The translations under genes were made by a program, and so were the position numbers. A stretch of 64,000 nt of DNA, taken from contig CAVQNG010000005.1 of the NCBI GenBank assembly GCA_963713825.1, positions 96,001 through 160,000 of the forward strand, given 5' to 3'. Positions 27,191 to 35,760 of this stretch are shown here, in pieces. Within the stretch, counting starts at the first letter, position 1; every line of letters begins with the position of its first letter. The stretch is from an uncultured Acidobacteriota bacterium. Lineage in GTDB: Bacteria; Acidobacteriota; Thermoanaerobaculia; Multivoradales; JAHEKO01. The notes beneath the pieces were generated by a model. That model made no database searches. It was not told the DNA's origin and saw nothing but the letters and a program-made list of their open reading frames with translations.

Positions 27191-28888
27191 ATGACCACGG
27201 AAACCCAACAGCACCCGGCGATTCGCAAGCTCCTCCAGCTCGGTCTCAGCAAGGGCTACTTGTTGAGCGACGAGATCTTCGCAATTCTTCCCGAGGAGAT
27301 GCTCGACACCGTCACGGAATTGGACAGTGTCTACCGCCAACTGCGCGAGCTCGACATTCCACTGGTCGATCGGCCGGAGAAGCACCAGAGTCGAGGCCTG
27401 CAGGAATCGACAGCCCAGGACTTCGAGTCCGCCAGCGAGACCCCCGAAGTGATCGCTGCAGACCCGGTGGCCACTCAGGATCCGACGCGGATCTACTTGC
27501 GGAACATGGCAGCCTTTCCGCTGCTCGATCGTCATGGCGAGATCGAGATCGCCCGCCGCATCGAACGGGGAGAACAACATATCTTCCAGGCTCTCGGCGG
27601 CAGCCCCGACCTGTTGCGAAGACTGCTACAGATGGACGCCCTGGCCGAGGAGAGAGGCTTGGCGCCAGACACGGCGGCCCTCGTCGAGTTGAGCGAACAG
27701 GACTTGAGCTCCCGGGCGCGCAAACGGGTTGAATCGATGCTCACAGCCTTCGAGTCGATGGCGGCACAGGGCGCCGAGATCGACGAGCTCAGGAGTGAGC
27801 AGCGGCTTCTGCAGCGGGACGACGAGCGCTATCAGGTCCTGGAGAGGCAGATCGATCGAACCGTCGGCAAAGTCGCCAAAAAGGTGCAGACGATTTCCAA
27901 CAATGGCGAAACCCGACGCCGCCTGGTCGATCTGCTCGATCAGATCAGCCGCCAGTTCAAGGTTCTCGAGCAGTCTCTGCGCCGGGCGCAGAAGGCTCTC
28001 GAGCGGGAGAGCCACGGGGAGATGCAGGCTCTCCAGAAACGCCGCATCGAGAAGTATCGGGCGGAGATTCGATCGATCGAGAAGCGCTTCAGCTGCAAGC
28101 GTACTGCTGTGTCGGCGACCCTCAAGCAACTGCGCGTCGGTGAGACCGAGGCCGAGATGGCGAAGCAGGAGCTGCTGCTCGCGAATCTTCGGTTGGTGAT
28201 CTCGGTGGCCAAGAAGTACACCTACCGGGGCCTGCAGTTTCTGGACCTGATCCAGGAAGGCAATCTGGGTCTGATGCGGGCGATCGAGAAGTTCGACTAC
28301 CGGCGTGGCTTCAAGTTCTCCACCTACGCTCACTGGTGGATCCGGCAGTCGATCACCAGAGCCATTTCTGATCAGTCCCGAACGGTGCGGATTCCGGTCC
28401 ACATCATCGAGAGCATGAACAAACTCGGCCAGACGAGTCACTCCCTGCGGCTCGAGCTGGGTCGCGAGCCGACGCCAGAAGAGTTGGGACACGATCTCGG
28501 ATTGACTCCTGCCAAGGTGCGGAGCCTGCAACGAATCGCCGCCCAGCCGATTTCGCTCGAAACGCCGATCGGCAGCGATGAGGACCGGCACCTGGAGGAC
28601 CTTCTACAGGACTTCGAGGCGCCATCTCCGGCGGACACCGCTATCGAGGCCGACCGGCGCGAGAAGATCAGCGACGTTTTGCGAGAGCTGAGCCCGCGGG
28701 AGGAGCGGGTGCTCAGAATGCGCTTCGGGCTCGGAGTCGACGACGAGCACACCCTGGAAGAGGTAGGGCGAACCTTCGACGTGACGCGCGAGAGGATTCG
28801 TCAGATCGAATCCAGCGCCATCAAGAAGCTCCGCCACGCCAGCCGTGCCAGGAAGCTGCACCTCCTGATCGACGACAACAACGGATAG
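27191..28888 (+). CDS. RpoD-like sigma-70 factor (probable paralog)
   Basis: Regions 1.1, 1.2 (DPTRIYL), NCR, 2 ([37 protein letters not shown]), 3 and 4 ([16 protein letters not shown]). Confidence 0.92.
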   Translation: MTTETQQHPAIRKLLQLGLSKGYLLSDEIFAILPEEMLDTVTELDSVYRQLRELDIPLVDRPEKHQSRGLQESTAQDFESASETPEVIAADPVATQDPTRIYLRNMAAFPLLDRHGEIEIARRIERGEQHIFQALGGSPDLLRRLLQMDALAEERGLAPDTAALVELSEQDLSSRARKRVESMLTAFESMAAQGAEIDELRSEQRLLQRDDERYQVLERQIDRTVGKVAKKVQTISNNGETRRRLVDLLDQISRQFKVLEQSLRRAQKALERESHGEMQALQKRRIEKYRAEIRSIEKRFSCKRTAVSATLKQLRVGETEAEMAKQELLLANLRLVISVAKKYTYRGLQFLDLIQEGNLGLMRAIEKFDYRRGFKFSTYAHWWIRQSITRAISDQSRTVRIPVHIIESMNKLGQTSHSLRLELGREPTPEELGHDLGLTPAKVRSLQRIAAQPISLETPIGSDEDRHLEDLLQDFEAPSPADTAIEADRREKISDVLRELSPREERVLRMRFGLGVDDEHTLEEVGRTFDVTRERIRQIESSAIKKLRHASRARKLHLLIDDNNG

Positions 28889-28889
28889 G

Positions 28890-28985
28890 CCCCACCCGAC
28901 CGCTCTGAGGTTTGAGACGGCCGTTGTTTCTCCGGCCGGTTCTTTTGAGGGCTGGGGGCAATAAGGGCCCTGCCCCCGCCCCAAC
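28890..28985 (-). repeat. Single R3-type unit between convergent genes (locus F)
   Basis: Minus strand reads CCCCAGCCCTCAAAAG-AACCGGCCG-loop-CGGCCG-TCTCAAACC, with CCCACCCG at the outer end. Confidence 0.6.
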
Positions 28986-29027
28986 GATCTGACGCGAGAG
29001 CTGCCAACGGACGTCAGGATCGTAGTG

Positions 29028-30482
29028 CTACAGCTTGATCCAGCACCACTCCTGGCTGTAGGGCACGCGACTCATGCGGTAGCCGGATTTCAGACCCACG
29101 ACGATCGTGTCACTCCAATTGAAGCCACAGCCGTTCTCGGGGTCGTAGAGTCCTGGTTCCTCCGAAAAGCACATATTGCGCTGCAGCATCTTGAAGTCGC
29201 CTAGGGCGATGTAGGGGGGCTGGTGCCCTTCCGAGCCCGCCCCGTGGGCTGGTCGATGGTAGATGTACTCCTGCACCCCCTGCTCGACCTGATACTTGTG
29301 AATCAGATAGGCGACAGATGAGCAGGTCACGCCCTCCACGGAGAGCTCCATTTGCATGTCGCAGGTGTGCTTGCTGACTTCCCAGAGCTGGCGCATGTGG
29401 GGGTCGAAGTTGCCAGACTTGTCGGCGATGATGTAGGGCCTGTAGTTTTCGTGCCCGTAGCCGCCAATGCGCGCGCCGCCCGAGACCTGCAACGCCATGC
29501 CATGGCCGATGCGGTTGTAGTAGGGCTGGTTGGGGTGGGGATAGCCCGTCACCGTGCCAGCGCGACAGCCGATTCCGACGCCGCTGGCGACGCCATGGTG
29601 CGGTAGGCCGCCGGCGAGGTCGAGGTCGGAGTAGAGCTGATCGTTGGCCCAGAGCTCTGTGGCGACCTGGACCTCGTAGTCGGTGACGTCCGTACCGTGG
29701 GTGAGTATGTAGTCCCGAGCAAAGGCGTGGGCTCGATCGAAGTAGACGTAGGCCCGTCGCCAAAGAGCCAGCTCCTCGTCGGTCTTGACCTGCCGCATGT
29801 CCATGAGGATGTCGGAAATATCTACCCAGTCAATGCCTGGCAGCACTTCCTTGGCCTTGTTGAGCTCGGACTGATAGAGCTCTCCATCGATGCCGATGCG
29901 GGTCCCCTGGATGCCATGCTCCTTGAGCCCTTCCAGCATGAATTTGAAAAGGTCCACCGTGTTGCCTTGCTGTACCTTCCCCTCATTGGGAAAACCGCCA
30001 TCGGCGTGCAGATAGTCGAAGTACATTCGACCGCCGCCGAACCACCACGACTTGACGATGTCGCGATCGAGGCCGGGGTAGAAGAACCAGGGGTCGGCGT
30101 CGTCCCGGTTCATGAAAGTGGCCTGTGGGCGCTCGGTCGGTGTGTGCCAGTAGCCAGTCAAGTAGATGATGTTGAGGCGGTCGCGAACCATGAAGGCCTC
30201 GATGTCCCGTTCGGCCAGCTTCTCCTTGAATCGGGCCACGGTCTTCTTGTTCCACTCCAGGGGTAGCCGGTCCGTGACGGCTGGTTCTGGTGGTCCTTCT
30301 TCGTTGGGCTGAGGTCCGAGGAGTAACTTCTCGCTCGGCCCACCCGCCTGCGCCTTGAGGGCGCCGGTCAGTGTTGCCGTCGAGCCCTGCGCGGACGCTA
30401 CCTTGTCGAAACGACTCAGAAAGCCGCTCCCCAGAAGCGCCAGTGTGCCGCCCTTCAGTACCTGTCTGCGGGGATAATCCAT
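29028..30482 (-). CDS. M24 family (creatinase/Xaa-Pro peptidase-like) protein, Tat-exported
   Basis: PRRQVLKG Tat leader, NIIYLTGY creatinase-N domain, MRQVKTDEEL, HRPAHGAG, EEPGLY. Confidence 0.87.
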   Translation of the reverse strand: MDYPRRQVLKGGTLALLGSGFLSRFDKVASAQGSTATLTGALKAQAGGPSEKLLLGPQPNEEGPPEPAVTDRLPLEWNKKTVARFKEKLAERDIEAFMVRDRLNIIYLTGYWHTPTERPQATFMNRDDADPWFFYPGLDRDIVKSWWFGGGRMYFDYLHADGGFPNEGKVQQGNTVDLFKFMLEGLKEHGIQGTRIGIDGELYQSELNKAKEVLPGIDWVDISDILMDMRQVKTDEELALWRRAYVYFDRAHAFARDYILTHGTDVTDYEVQVATELWANDQLYSDLDLAGGLPHHGVASGVGIGCRAGTVTGYPHPNQPYYNRIGHGMALQVSGGARIGGYGHENYRPYIIADKSGNFDPHMRQLWEVSKHTCDMQMELSVEGVTCSSVAYLIHKYQVEQGVQEYIYHRPAHGAGSEGHQPPYIALGDFKMLQRNMCFSEEPGLYDPENGCGFNWSDTIVVGLKSGYRMSRVPYSQEWCWIKL

Positions 30483-30513
30483 GGTCCCTCCTCCATGGTG
30501 ATGGTTGGAATAC

Positions 30514-30852
30514 CTACTCGAATGAGGCGATGGCCTCTTGCTCGTCGTCGAAGTGTTCGAACAACTGGAGAACCTGCGTAATCTCGAGCACGTCGTAGAT
30601 CTTGCGCGGGATCTTCAGGAGCTTGAAGGATCCATCTCGGTCGGTGGTACTGGTGAGGCAGTGCACCAGCTTGCCGATGCCGGAGGAGTCCATGAAGCTG
30701 ACACCTTCGAGGTTCATGAGGATCTTCCCAGTGCCTGTATCCAGAACTTCCACGACCGTATTGTGGATCTCGTCGGCACCCCCCGCCAGGGCAATCTTGC
30801 CCTCCGGTTCGATGACCGTGACGCCTGCGTTGAGTCGGGTGGGGAACGACAT
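30514..30852 (-). CDS. STAS-domain anti-sigma factor antagonist
   Basis: ILMNLEGVSFMDSSGIGKLV..VLEITQV..DEQEAIASF; AGGAGG RBS before ATG at 30852. Confidence 0.9.
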   Translation of the reverse strand: MSFPTRLNAGVTVIEPEGKIALAGGADEIHNTVVEVLDTGTGKILMNLEGVSFMDSSGIGKLVHCLTSTTDRDGSFKLLKIPRKIYDVLEITQVLQLFEHFDDEQEAIASFE

Positions 30853-30920
30853 GTACGGGCCTCCTTGAGTAGTGTTTCCGAGTTGCGTCGCTAGCATAGC
30901 AACTCGGACCGCCTCGGGGA

Positions 30921-31880
30921 TCAGAATTCGGGTGTCTGTTCGAAAGGCAGCTCGGTGACCGTCTCTTCTTCGAAGGTGACCTCCACCATGTCGGTTCTGG
31001 CCGGTGGGGAATGACTGATATTGCCGACATAGTAGAAGCCATCGTAGCCGGTCTCGGCCACTTCCCCGTAGATGTAGATGCTGTTCGGCTCTCCCCAGCC
31101 GCCGCCCGTTATGGGCACGGCCAAGCAATCGTTTTCATGTTGGGTCGTGCACATCCAGGCGGTGCCGCCGGAATGGGCGAGAGCCAGAGACAGAAGCCTC
31201 CATTCTGGGTTCCACTGCGAGAGCCTGAAGCCCATGGGCTTGTAGTCGGGGTCCGTTTCCGAGCCAGGGATCATCCGGTTGTGAGTCAAACCGGTCAGCG
31301 CGATAAACAGATCCGCATCGAGCTCTTCGATGGCTTCCCAGACCGCCACTGCCATCGGGCGCTCGACGGCCGTCAGGTTCTGGCGAGTCACGGAGTCGAC
31401 ATCGGGCGGTACGAAGAGTCGGAGCTCCACCTCACCGCCCTGGGCTCTGAGGGCGCGGATCGATTCGAGCAGTGCGACCATGGATTCACTGAAGCGCCCA
31501 TCCAGATAGCGGGTCAGCTCATGAGCATCCGCCAATAGTCGCCGCCGATCGTCTCGCGAGCCCTCGGAGTCGAGATACCTGGCGATGACGCCGCTTTCGA
31601 ACTCTGGGAGTTGCAGAGCAAGCGCTGCCGATCGTCCCGAGGCGACCGCGTTGCAGAGGAGGTCGGCCACGAATTGCGGGCTCTCCACCGTGCCGTGAAT
31701 CTCGCCGAGGAGCAAGACCGTGCGCTCCTTCAGGAGATAATCGAGGCCGCCGATCGTCGAACAGTCGAAGGAACCGCGGTTCGGCTCCGCCGCTTGTAGC
31801 TCCGAAGGTGAAGTCACCGCCACGGTGGCCAGGACGAAGGCAACGGCTAGGCCTGCGGCTGCAAGTCGCGATCTGATCAT
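30921..31880 (-). CDS. Secreted protein, EreA/ChaN-like fold (tentative)
   Basis: Signal peptide; VLLLGEIHGTVE, ERPMA, LTGLTH and YDG motifs. Confidence 0.6.
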   Translation of the reverse strand: MIRSRLAAAGLAVAFVLATVAVTSPSELQAAEPNRGSFDCSTIGGLDYLLKERTVLLLGEIHGTVESPQFVADLLCNAVASGRSAALALQLPEFESGVIARYLDSEGSRDDRRRLLADAHELTRYLDGRFSESMVALLESIRALRAQGGEVELRLFVPPDVDSVTRQNLTAVERPMAVAVWEAIEELDADLFIALTGLTHNRMIPGSETDPDYKPMGFRLSQWNPEWRLLSLALAHSGGTAWMCTTQHENDCLAVPITGGGWGEPNSIYIYGEVAETGYDGFYYVGNISHSPPARTDMVEVTFEEETVTELPFEQTPEF

Positions 31881-31884
31881 CGGC

Positions 31885-33366
31885 TCATTCCAGGATCGAT
31901 TCCGTGACGGTCAGGCCGACATAGTCGGCGACCTCGGGGTCGTCGGCACCATTGTGGAACATATGCATTTGGGTTGGGTGCCCCTGATCGTCGAGGACGA
32001 CTTCGAAGCGGGTCAACGAATTCTTGTAGAAGAAGCCGGTTGTCGAGTGGGGAGTGGCCTCCAGCGGATCGCCTTCGGTGCGTTGGGTGAAGAGTCGTCC
32101 GTCTTTGACGAGCACGGTCCGGACGTTGCCCGCATCGATTCGGTAGATGCCTTGCAGGCGCTCGAGATCAGTGGGTTCAACAGCGATGGCCTTGCGATCG
32201 GCAAAGGGATCTCCGAGGACCATGGCGGCGATCTTCAAGCCGACATAGCTGGGATCGGGCTCGTGTGCGGTGTTGTTGGAGAGGACGGCGACGTAGACCT
32301 CTCCTTCTGGGATGTAGACACCCAGCGTTTGGAAGCCGAAGATCCCACCACCATGAGTCAAAGCTGGCAGCCCTCGTAGATTCGTCAGGGCCAGGCCGTA
32401 GCCGTGGCTGGTCGAGGATCCGTCGTTCAGGACAAATCTCCGAGTCATCTTCTCGAGAGAGGCCGGGTTGAGCAGTCGGCCACCGAATAGCGCCGCGCTC
32501 CATCGAGCCAGATCATCGACCGTCGAGAGAAGGGAACCGGCAGCGTAGGGCTGGGTCATGCTGAGTGGGTAGGCGTTGCGAAGTCCGTCGGCGCCCTCGT
32601 CGTAGCCGGTGACTCGATTCGGGACAATCTGGGGGCCGCCATAGTAGGTCTGCTGCAGATCGAGTGGCTCGAAGAGCCGCTTCTCCAGGAACTCCGGGTA
32701 GCTCATTCCCGAGGCCTTCTCGATAATGGCACCGAGAAGGATGTAGCCCGAGTTGCTATAGCTCCATCGTTCCCCGGGAGAGAACTGCATCGGCTGGTCC
32801 TTGAACTGTTCGATGAGCTCCTCGACCGACATGTCGTGGCGGACAGTGGTCTCCATATAGCCGGGAATGCTGGTGTAGCTGAAGATCCCCGACGTGTGCG
32901 AGAGCAGATGCTCGATGGTGATGGTGTGACCGTTGGTCGGGTAGTCTGGAAGATAGTCGTTGATGGAGTCAGTGACGGCCAGTTTCCCGTCTTCTTCCAG
33001 CAGTAGGATGGCGGCGGCAGTGAACTGCTTCGTAATCGGGCCGAGGCGAAAGACCATCTCCGGCTCCAGAGGCACTCCCAGCTCCAAGTTGGCGACGCCG
33101 AAGGCACCGCGAAAGACGACCTCGCCTTCTCGGACCGCGATGACTGCCGCCCCTGGTGCCTCATCGGAGTAGACCCCGGCCAGGAAGGTCTCGATCTGTC
33201 GAGCGAGGTCCTCGTCGACTTCCTCGACAGCGCTGACTGGCGTCACCCATAGCAGCGCGACAATCAGAGCGACGCTCAGCGATACTGGGTGTCCTGGTCC
33301 TCGATGCCGATGCCGATACACGAACTCACTCCTGGAGTTGCAGGAGTATACCGATCTCGTGGCCAC
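31885..33366 (-). CDS. Serine hydrolase (class C beta-lactamase-like); SxxK appears as PITK; start probably downstream of 33366
   Basis: FRLGPITKQFTA, LLSHTSG, YSNSGY, HGGGIFGF; C-terminal DUF3471-like domain. Confidence 0.88.
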   Translation of the reverse strand: MATRSVYSCNSRSEFVYRHRHRGPGHPVSLSVALIVALLWVTPVSAVEEVDEDLARQIETFLAGVYSDEAPGAAVIAVREGEVVFRGAFGVANLELGVPLEPEMVFRLGPITKQFTAAAILLLEEDGKLAVTDSINDYLPDYPTNGHTITIEHLLSHTSGIFSYTSIPGYMETTVRHDMSVEELIEQFKDQPMQFSPGERWSYSNSGYILLGAIIEKASGMSYPEFLEKRLFEPLDLQQTYYGGPQIVPNRVTGYDEGADGLRNAYPLSMTQPYAAGSLLSTVDDLARWSAALFGGRLLNPASLEKMTRRFVLNDGSSTSHGYGLALTNLRGLPALTHGGGIFGFQTLGVYIPEGEVYVAVLSNNTAHEPDPSYVGLKIAAMVLGDPFADRKAIAVEPTDLERLQGIYRIDAGNVRTVLVKDGRLFTQRTEGDPLEATPHSTTGFFYKNSLTRFEVVLDDQGHPTQMHMFHNGADDPEVADYVGLTVTESILE

Positions 33367-33382
33367 AGACCGAAGCGGGGAG

Positions 33383-34921
33383 CTATTTCCAGTTCAGCCG
33401 CAGCTTGCCGGTCGGCAACCAGCCGACTTTCAGACGCCGGGTCTGGCCCGACGAGAAGAAGGTGTCGGTCTGTCGTCTCGCATCGACCTTGCCTTCCGCA
33501 CCGGAGATTCGTATTTCGAGCCGCCGCTCGCCGGGTCGGACTGGAATCGACAGGCGTACATCTTCACCCGACACCCTCTTGGCAAACCCTTTGGGCGCGG
33601 CGAGAGGCCTGGAAGCTACCCGCTCTCCGTCGATCCAGACAGTCAGCCACCCCTTTTTGAGACGATTGGTGTGAAGGATTTCGAGATGGGCATTGGCGGC
33701 TCTTGCGCGGTTGGAGTCGCCTGGCTGTTGCGCCGAGGAGTCATCGGGAGTGGGTGGTGGGACGGCTGCCCCTGCCGGCACGATGTCCGAGTCGGAAGTG
33801 CTCGGCCCAGGAGACTCAGGGAGCGCGAGGTCGTCGTTTGCCGTGATCGCTTGGGTCTCGGGGGGTAGGGCGGGTTTTCGACTCTGAATGCGAAGACCGA
33901 CCAGGAGAACCAGGATGGCTGCCATCAGGAAGGCCGCGAGGCCGGGCAGGGCCTGAACGAGACGACCGCCGGGCTGCCGACGGGGCAACGCGAACTGGCC
34001 AGGTGGAGGAGCGGGCAGTGTCTGATCGGGTGACAGAACGCTGGTCCGAGTTACCTCCACGCCATCAGCGAGCGGCTCTGCACCGGTGGATTCGGCAAGA
34101 GCCTGGGCCAGGCCGGCGGCATTGGAGAAGCGCTCTTCGCGATCCTTGGCCAGCAACCGCATGACGATCGCTTCCAACTGCTCTGAAACGTGAGGGCAAA
34201 GCTCGCGGACCGGCTTGGGGTCGGCGATCATGACCTTGTGGGTCACGGAGGGAAGACTGTCGCCGGCGAAGGGTGCCTCACCGGTCAGACACTGGTAGAG
34301 GACCACGCCGAGTGAGAAGAGATCGGAGCGACCGTCAAGATCGTCGTCCCTGATCTGCTCCGGCGACATGAAGAGAGGAGTGCCGAGGACCTGGCCCGTG
34401 GTGGTGAGCTCCAGGTCGTCGAGCTTGGCAATCCCGAAGTCGGAGAGCTTGGCACGGCCCTGGCGATCGATGAGGATATTGGCCGGCTTGACGTCGCGGT
34501 GAATGAGGCCCTGGCGATGGGCGGCATCCAACGCACCTGCTACCTGCCGAACGATGGCCACGGCCTCGGTGTCGGGCAGGGGACCTCCCGCCGACAACCG
34601 ATCTCGGAGGCTGGTGCCATCGACCCACTCCATGGCGATGAAGGAGTCACCCGTTACAGGGTCGACGTCGGCGTCGTAGATGGCGACGGCGGAAGGGTGG
34701 TCGAGACGGGCGGCGGCGGTGGCCTCGACCAGGAACCGCTTTTCGATCGCGTCCACCATGCCTTGGCTGGTGGGGTTGCGAGGATCCAGGACCTTGAGGG
34801 CTACCTTGCGGCCGATGTTGGGGTCGATAGCCAGATAGACCCTGGCCATGGAGCCTCGGCCCAGCTCGGAGAGGATCCGGTAGCGTCCGATGGTTCTGGC
34901 GTCTGGCTGTGTCTCCGACAT
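33383..34921 (-). CDS. Ser/Thr protein kinase, TM, short extracytoplasmic beta domain
   Basis: [33 protein letters not shown]. Confidence 0.92.
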   Translation of the reverse strand: MSETQPDARTIGRYRILSELGRGSMARVYLAIDPNIGRKVALKVLDPRNPTSQGMVDAIEKRFLVEATAAARLDHPSAVAIYDADVDPVTGDSFIAMEWVDGTSLRDRLSAGGPLPDTEAVAIVRQVAGALDAAHRQGLIHRDVKPANILIDRQGRAKLSDFGIAKLDDLELTTTGQVLGTPLFMSPEQIRDDDLDGRSDLFSLGVVLYQCLTGEAPFAGDSLPSVTHKVMIADPKPVRELCPHVSEQLEAIVMRLLAKDREERFSNAAGLAQALAESTGAEPLADGVEVTRTSVLSPDQTLPAPPPGQFALPRRQPGGRLVQALPGLAAFLMAAILVLLVGLRIQSRKPALPPETQAITANDDLALPESPGPSTSDSDIVPAGAAVPPPTPDDSSAQQPGDSNRARAANAHLEILHTNRLKKGWLTVWIDGERVASRPLAAPKGFAKRVSGEDVRLSIPVRPGERRLEIRISGAEGKVDARRQTDTFFSSGQTRRLKVGWLPTGKLRLNWK

Positions 34922-35096
34922 CAATCGCCACTGCCATGGGCACACCCCAGGCATCAGGCCTGAAGTGCTCTCCACGGTCCACGACGATGATCGCTCCGAC
35001 CGCCTGTTGCGGCAATGATGTCTGTCACTGCCGTGTTAGTTCCATCCAAATAGCCACGCCGAATCCTGGGCGCCAGTTCCCGAGAAAGAAATCGAC

Positions 35097-35159
35097 CAAG
35101 GGGTCTCCTGAGTCTGCGGCCTCACCCGACCATGCCCCTCCGACTCAGGAGACCCCTTG
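35097..35159. repeat. Perfect 18-bp inverted repeat with a 27-nt spacer
   Basis: CAAGGGGTCTCCTGAGTC (35097-35114) / GACTCAGGAGACCCCTTG (35142-35159). Confidence 0.9.
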
Positions 35160-35165
35160 CCCGAT

Positions 35166-35672
35166 CTGGCACCGTCGGTGCCAGAGGCCCGTCCGGGTGG
35201 CTCGCAGGGGGACGGCGTCGGCTACTCGGACTGCGACGGGTGGGCCGCCACCTAGTCTCGTCATCGCGTCTGATCTGTCTTGCCCTTCGATAGTCCTTGC
35301 GCTGCGCTCGACTCGGCACCTCTTGTCGAACCACCCGAACGAACCTGTGGCACCTCTGGTGGCAGTAAGGCAGTAAGGCAGTAAGGCAGTGGGGCAACGA
35401 GGGCTCAGAGGCGTAAGGGCCTAAGGGCCCCGTGATCCAGCGACATCCAGGGTTCGGCGTGGGGACCTCCATGGGGGTTCTTGCAGCGGAAGGGAGGATA
35501 GCCCCCTGGGGGCCCCGCGTCGGACCCTCCGACCATCAGGGTTGATAGCCCAGGACCCAGGTCCCCTGCCCAGGGTCTCAAGCCCTCAAAGACCGACCGC
35601 GCGAAGCGCAGGTCGCTTCAACCCCCAAGCCCTCAAGGAACGGACGGACGAAGTCCGGATGCCTCAACCCCG
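35166..35672. repeat. Mosaic repeat locus B: R1 (35184-35347), (GGCAGTAA)x~4 and octamers, R2 (35450-35527), heptamer, two R3 units
   Basis: Direct sequence homology with loci A, C and D; lies between divergent kinases. Confidence 0.92.
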
Positions 35673-35760
35673 GAGGTTCCTGCAGTAGAATGGTGTGCAG
35701 ATAACTTTGCAGGACGACGGGGACTGGCACGGATGTGAGGTGTGCCCCGAAGGGAGATTC

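Noticed and set aside
35450-35527. SRP (4.5S) RNA, because of CGGAAGGGAG in a long hairpin
   Set aside because: Lacks the CAGG/AGCA symmetric loop and the stem closing the GGAA tetraloop; three copies within 28 kb.
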